Source of the DNA: Candidatus Bathyarchaeum tardum
GTDB lineage: Archaea; Thermoproteota; Bathyarchaeia; Bathyarchaeales; Bathyarchaeaceae
NCBI GenBank assembly: GCA_024650005.2
Contig: CP122380.1
Span: 1,888,001 to 1,952,000 of the forward strand
Length of the DNA: 64,000 nucleotides
Reading direction: 5' to 3'
Position numbers and translations under genes: made by a program
Part shown: positions 58,202 to 64,000 of the stretch, piece by piece
Layout: each line of letters begins with the position of its first letter
Position numbering within the stretch: position 1 is the stretch's first letter
The notes under the pieces: model-generated
What the model saw: only the letters and a program-made list of their open reading frames with translations
The model's database searches: none
What the model was told of the DNA's origin: nothing

Positions 58202-59145
58202 TGAGAATATTGTCCAAAACATTTGTGAATGACTTGTTGAAACCAGAAGGCATACTTCATCCAATACTTACACGAATAAAAAAAGACCAAACTCTGATGC
58301 TGGCAATAAGAAAAAATTACATCAACATTTACTATAGGGGTGGAAACATCCTCAAAATTACAGAGCACCCTGAAGGTGTTTACCAAACATTTTTTGACAA
58401 TCAATACAACAAAACCGAGAAAAATATTCCTAACTCACCAGATATTATCATAAGTCAAGATGATTCCCAGAAATGGGTTGTTTCTTTCTCCGAGCGGAAA
58501 AATATAATGGATGAATACTTCTCCGCTTACGGTAAGGCCGAGCGAGAATTCCAACAGTTATTAGCTCGTGAAAACAACTATTCATCTATTTCAAATGAAA
58601 CCGAATATTTCATACCTGATATAGAAGCTGCTGACCCTCTTGGTCGCTTTGATATCATGGCAATTCGCTGGCTGGCGAAAGACCGCAAATATGGCAGCAA
58701 ATGCACAACTGCCTTGATTGAAATGAAATATAGTGATAGTGCTCTAGGAGGAAGAGCCGGATTATTAAAGCATCTGAAGGATATGGATACATTCATCTCT
58801 GACAAGGAAAAATACAGAAAACGATTGCAAACAATGGAGAGTCAATTCAATCAACTTGATGAACTTGAATTACTCAAATTCAACAAAGGCCGAAGCAATG
58901 CCAAAGTAAAGCTTAACGTTAACGATAAACCTGAAGTCATTTTTATACTTGCCAATCACAATCCACGTAGCTCAAAACTAAAAAAGATTCTTTTTGACCC
59001 TGAGATTAAAAAATATGAACAATCAGAACTATTTGACCTCAAGTTTTATGTTGCCTGTTTTGCGGGTTACGGATTGCATGCGAACTGCATGTTCACTCTA
59101 GCCCAAATATTACAATTAGAACACTCATTTAGAAACAAAAAATAA
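58201..59145 (+). CDS. Hypothetical protein with PD-(D/E)xK nuclease-like motif
   Basis: EREFQQ, RFDIMAIRW, LIEMKY, LLKHLKD; ATG overlaps upstream TAA (TAATG). Confidence 0.7.
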   Translation: MRILSKTFVNDLLKPEGILHPILTRIKKDQTLMLAIRKNYINIYYRGGNILKITEHPEGVYQTFFDNQYNKTEKNIPNSPDIIISQDDSQKWVVSFSERKNIMDEYFSAYGKAEREFQQLLARENNYSSISNETEYFIPDIEAADPLGRFDIMAIRWLAKDRKYGSKCTTALIEMKYSDSALGGRAGLLKHLKDMDTFISDKEKYRKRLQTMESQFNQLDELELLKFNKGRSNAKVKLNVNDKPEVIFILANHNPRSSKLKKILFDPEIKKYEQSELFDLKFYVACFAGYGLHANCMFTLAQILQLEHSFRNKK

Positions 59146-59214
59146 CTTTTTCTTACCTTCTTATCATCGCCGAACCTTTACGCGTTTAGAATAATATAAT
59201 TCAAATGTAGAAAG

Positions 59215-59400
59215 TCATTTCGGTGCTCGTTTGTATTTGCCTCTGCTTTTTCGAATTATCTCTCCATTCTGCAATAACTGATTCAATACAGCCCTAGTTT
59301 CATGGTGAAACCTTGGCTCGTTATATTTTGTAAATTCTGTTTGAAAGACAGATAATGTATAATTCCGCTCTACAGCCTTGTAGATTTCTTGAACTGAAAA
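59215..59400 (-). pseudogene. Mrr N-terminal-like winged-helix remnant
   Basis: Startless frame FSVQEIYKAVERNYTLS...PRFHHETRAVLNQLLQNGEIIRKSRGKYKRAPK*. Confidence 0.5.
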
Positions 59401-59501
59401 TCAGCAATAACCCTCAAAGTTTACACCCAAATACACGGTTTACTATCATTTGCTATAATTGCATTGCCATTAATAACACAACCATTTAAAGAAACTCGCA
59501 T

Positions 59502-59660
59502 TTACTTGCTTTTTTCAAATAACAAATAATAGTTAACTTCTGAGCCACAGAGCTGAGCTGTAGAATAGGTGTGTAAACTCCATCCGTTGCTTTGATATTC
59601 CTTGATGACTTGTCCCACACTTTTCTGATGTTTAACTTGAACACATTCCCATTGGTTCAA
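59502..59660 (-). CDS. Small DUF4177-like protein, 52 aa, not in ORF track
   Basis: MNQWECVQVKHQKSVGQVIKEYQSNGWSLHTYSTAQLCGSEVNYYLLFEKSK; GGTGA SD. Confidence 0.65.
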   Translation of the reverse strand: MNQWECVQVKHQKSVGQVIKEYQSNGWSLHTYSTAQLCGSEVNYYLLFEKSK

Positions 59661-59711
59661 ACTGTTTCACCAATAAATCTCTTGGAAAAAGTAACGATTA
59701 ACTGTCCTTTC

Positions 59712-59758
59712 AAAAAACAAAAAGAAAATAAAAAGAGTTTACGGGGATTTTTCCCCGA
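59712..59758 (-). terminator. cdc48 terminator
   Basis: CGGGGA-N4-TCCCCG hairpin followed by long T-rich tract on minus strand. Confidence 0.6.
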
Positions 59759-59761
59759 TGC

Positions 59762-61930
<2,169 letters not shown>

Positions 61931-62200
61931 TCATTTTATTTTTTTAAATGTTACAAGTCTTACATTGTATGTTGTTTTCTACACATATAAATATTACCAA
62001 TTTCCCATATTCTGGAAAATTCAAAAAAAATACGTTTCAAACAAAAAAAATAGTTAAAAGAATTAATTTAATTATTGTATTTTGATTTTATTCTTTTGAA
62101 TGCCTCCAAAATACCAACAGTTGGATTACACTACAACATGATATCGATTTTAATGAAACTTGTCGACAAACAAATAACCCACTCACGAAGAGCCTTCCAG

Positions 62201-63490
62201 CTAGATAGCTCCACGAACTCGGTTTCCTTTGTGAACTGTTTTTTTCCAAGCATGACTCTTTTTTCCAGAAAGTTTTCCGATACAAATGTCAATGAAGGAT
62301 TTTGTGCAGATTAGAACGTTAAACATGAATGTTATGAACAACAAAGGTATCAACCAGCAGATTCTGTCGCGTCCATCTAAATATGCACCGATTCCAACTT
62401 CAAAAAATGGAGCAAAGTTCCCTACAGAACTATAAAATGAAAGGGGAACCACCATCCATAGTAACTTAAGGTGTTCCAGGGGATAAAAAAAGAATAATAA
62501 TGCACCAAGAATCCATGCTAAAACAGATAACAAGGGCAGAAAATAGATGTTAAGAAGCAAAAAGCCGTCAACTTTTTGGCAAAAACTAAGATTCTTACTT
62601 CTCAGAACCGCCCTCACGTACCTAAATGCGCATTGCATATGACCTGTCGACCACCTAGTGCGCTGTCGCCAGTATGAACTCCATGTTTCAACGGCTTCTT
62701 CGTAACAATCAGCGTAATTTAGATACTTGATTGTAAAACCAGCCAAATAAATCCTAAAAGTTAGGTCGGTGTCCTCAGCCAGCATGTTTGGGTCCCACCC
62801 TCCTAATTGTTCAATTAAGTTTCTTCTGAATCCACCAACAGTTCCACCATATTGAGGAATAAGTTCCAGTTCATTACGAGCAAACTGGTCAACACGGTAG
62901 CCTCCAGTTCGTTCCAGCGTAACAAGTCGGGTAATTATGGTATTGGACTCATTTAGAACAGTTACCCGTCCTTGTACTGCGCCTACTTTAGGGTCTTTGA
63001 AACTTTCAGTTAGTTTTTCGATTACATTTCTTTGAGGATAGTAATCAGCATCAAAACAGTAAATAATTTCTCCAGATACAAACTTTAAGGCGTAATTCAA
63101 AGCTTCAGGTTTTCCTTTCCCGCCTTCCTGTTGGCTTCTTTGTACAAAATGAATGTAATCATAATGTTTGGCAAATCTTTTGGCGTTTTTTGCTGTTTGG
63201 TCCGTAGAGGCGTCATCTATCACGATTACTTCAAATTTTTCTTTAGGATAAGTTAATTCGGTCATTCTTTGAAGAATCCGCTCGATAACATCCTCTTCGT
63301 CTCGGGCAGGAATCAAAACTGAAACCTTAGGCTCATAAACAATATTTGAATACTCCCTTGACGGGAAGGGCTTATTTTTCGGATACAAAGCAACGACAGT
63401 GAACAAATAATGGCGTGCAATGTAAATGCAAATTATTATAACCAGAACCGTAAATACAGCATTTAAAAATTCAATCAAGCTCGTCCCCAA
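62201..63490 (-). CDS. Processive GT2 glycosyltransferase (cellulose-synthase-like)
   Basis: DDAS, GK..ALN, FDAD, AEDTD, QRTRW, TM helices. Confidence 0.9.
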   Translation of the reverse strand: MGTSLIEFLNAVFTVLVIIICIYIARHYLFTVVALYPKNKPFPSREYSNIVYEPKVSVLIPARDEEDVIERILQRMTELTYPKEKFEVIVIDDASTDQTAKNAKRFAKHYDYIHFVQRSQQEGGKGKPEALNYALKFVSGEIIYCFDADYYPQRNVIEKLTESFKDPKVGAVQGRVTVLNESNTIITRLVTLERTGGYRVDQFARNELELIPQYGGTVGGFRRNLIEQLGGWDPNMLAEDTDLTFRIYLAGFTIKYLNYADCYEEAVETWSSYWRQRTRWSTGHMQCAFRYVRAVLRSKNLSFCQKVDGFLLLNIYFLPLLSVLAWILGALLFFFYPLEHLKLLWMVVPLSFYSSVGNFAPFFEVGIGAYLDGRDRICWLIPLLFITFMFNVLICTKSFIDICIGKLSGKKSHAWKKTVHKGNRVRGAI

Positions 63491-63909
63491 TTTGCAACTT
63501 TTTGTTTGTTTTTTGCCAAAATTGACAAACTAATTGACCACAAAGACACCATCCACATAAAATTGGCAAGGGGTGAAAAAACTAGAAAAACCAATTTGAA
63601 GTTACCAGCGGTAAAACAGAAAAACATGCTTTCGAAAGAAAGAATAACAAAATGCCATACTATGCCTACAATATTTCCTGCAACCAGCAATATTATTTTG
63701 TGGCTAAGGATTCCTTCTAAGGGAAACAAAAGAAAAACAAACAGAAAATTGAAAAAACATATGGAAACCAAAGCCACACTATCAAGCATTTGGATAAACT
63801 GAAAACTAGTAAACAACGTAGCAACAGCAACCACAGAACCAATCAATACATGAATCAAGTTCGGTCCATGTTGTTGATGACCAATACTAACACCAGAATT
63901 ATTTCCCAA
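63475..63909 (-). CDS. Hypothetical 4-TM membrane protein
   Basis: Hydrophobic ORF overlapping the GT2 start. Confidence 0.65.
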   Translation of the reverse strand: MGNNSGVSIGHQQHGPNLIHVLIGSVVAVATLFTSFQFIQMLDSVALVSICFFNFLFVFLLFPLEGILSHKIILLVAGNIVGIVWHFVILSFESMFFCFTAGNFKLVFLVFSPLANFMWMVSLWSISLSILAKNKQKVANWGRA

Positions 63910-64000
63910 GATAGAGACCTCTTGCAGATTTTCTGGATAATTACAATATATATTTTGTTGAACAAAAATACAGTATCAAATGATAAAAAAGTGCACATCA

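Overview
AT-rich archaeal chromosome segment. TFE, Spt5, MBF1, TiaS, Trm56, P0/P1 stalk proteins, archaeal PEP carboxylase, Cdc48 and PEF-CTERM surface proteins are present; the gene style suggests Bathyarchaeia, which is inference. Two conserved housekeeping blocks (secE-spt5-rpl11-rpl1-rpl10-rpl12 and mbf1-hflX-trm56-tfe-HD-DUF2110, plus tiaS, tldD/E, endoQ, cdc48, three tRNAs) alternate with accessory DNA. Main observations: (1) a coupled two-gene cassette, RNase J/beta-CASP-like metallo-beta-lactamase plus PD-(D/E)xK-like protein (56954-59145), between a small AbrB-like gene and a Mrr-like remnant, which is a candidate undescribed defence system; (2) a decayed tandem array of integrated elements at tRNA-Pro(GGG), with three degenerate copies of the tRNA 3' end, several integrase remnants and an orphan carB as cargo; (3) conserved genes (hflX, endoQ) whose family N-termini can only start at ATA/ATT; (4) several clear operator palindromes, one shared by two paralogous surface-protein genes 20 kb apart; (5) a GGCC-type restriction-modification plus Vsr insertion and a compact AlaRS lacking C-Ala. 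No CRISPR array or rRNA was seen. All family calls come from motif recognition by eye; no database search was run.
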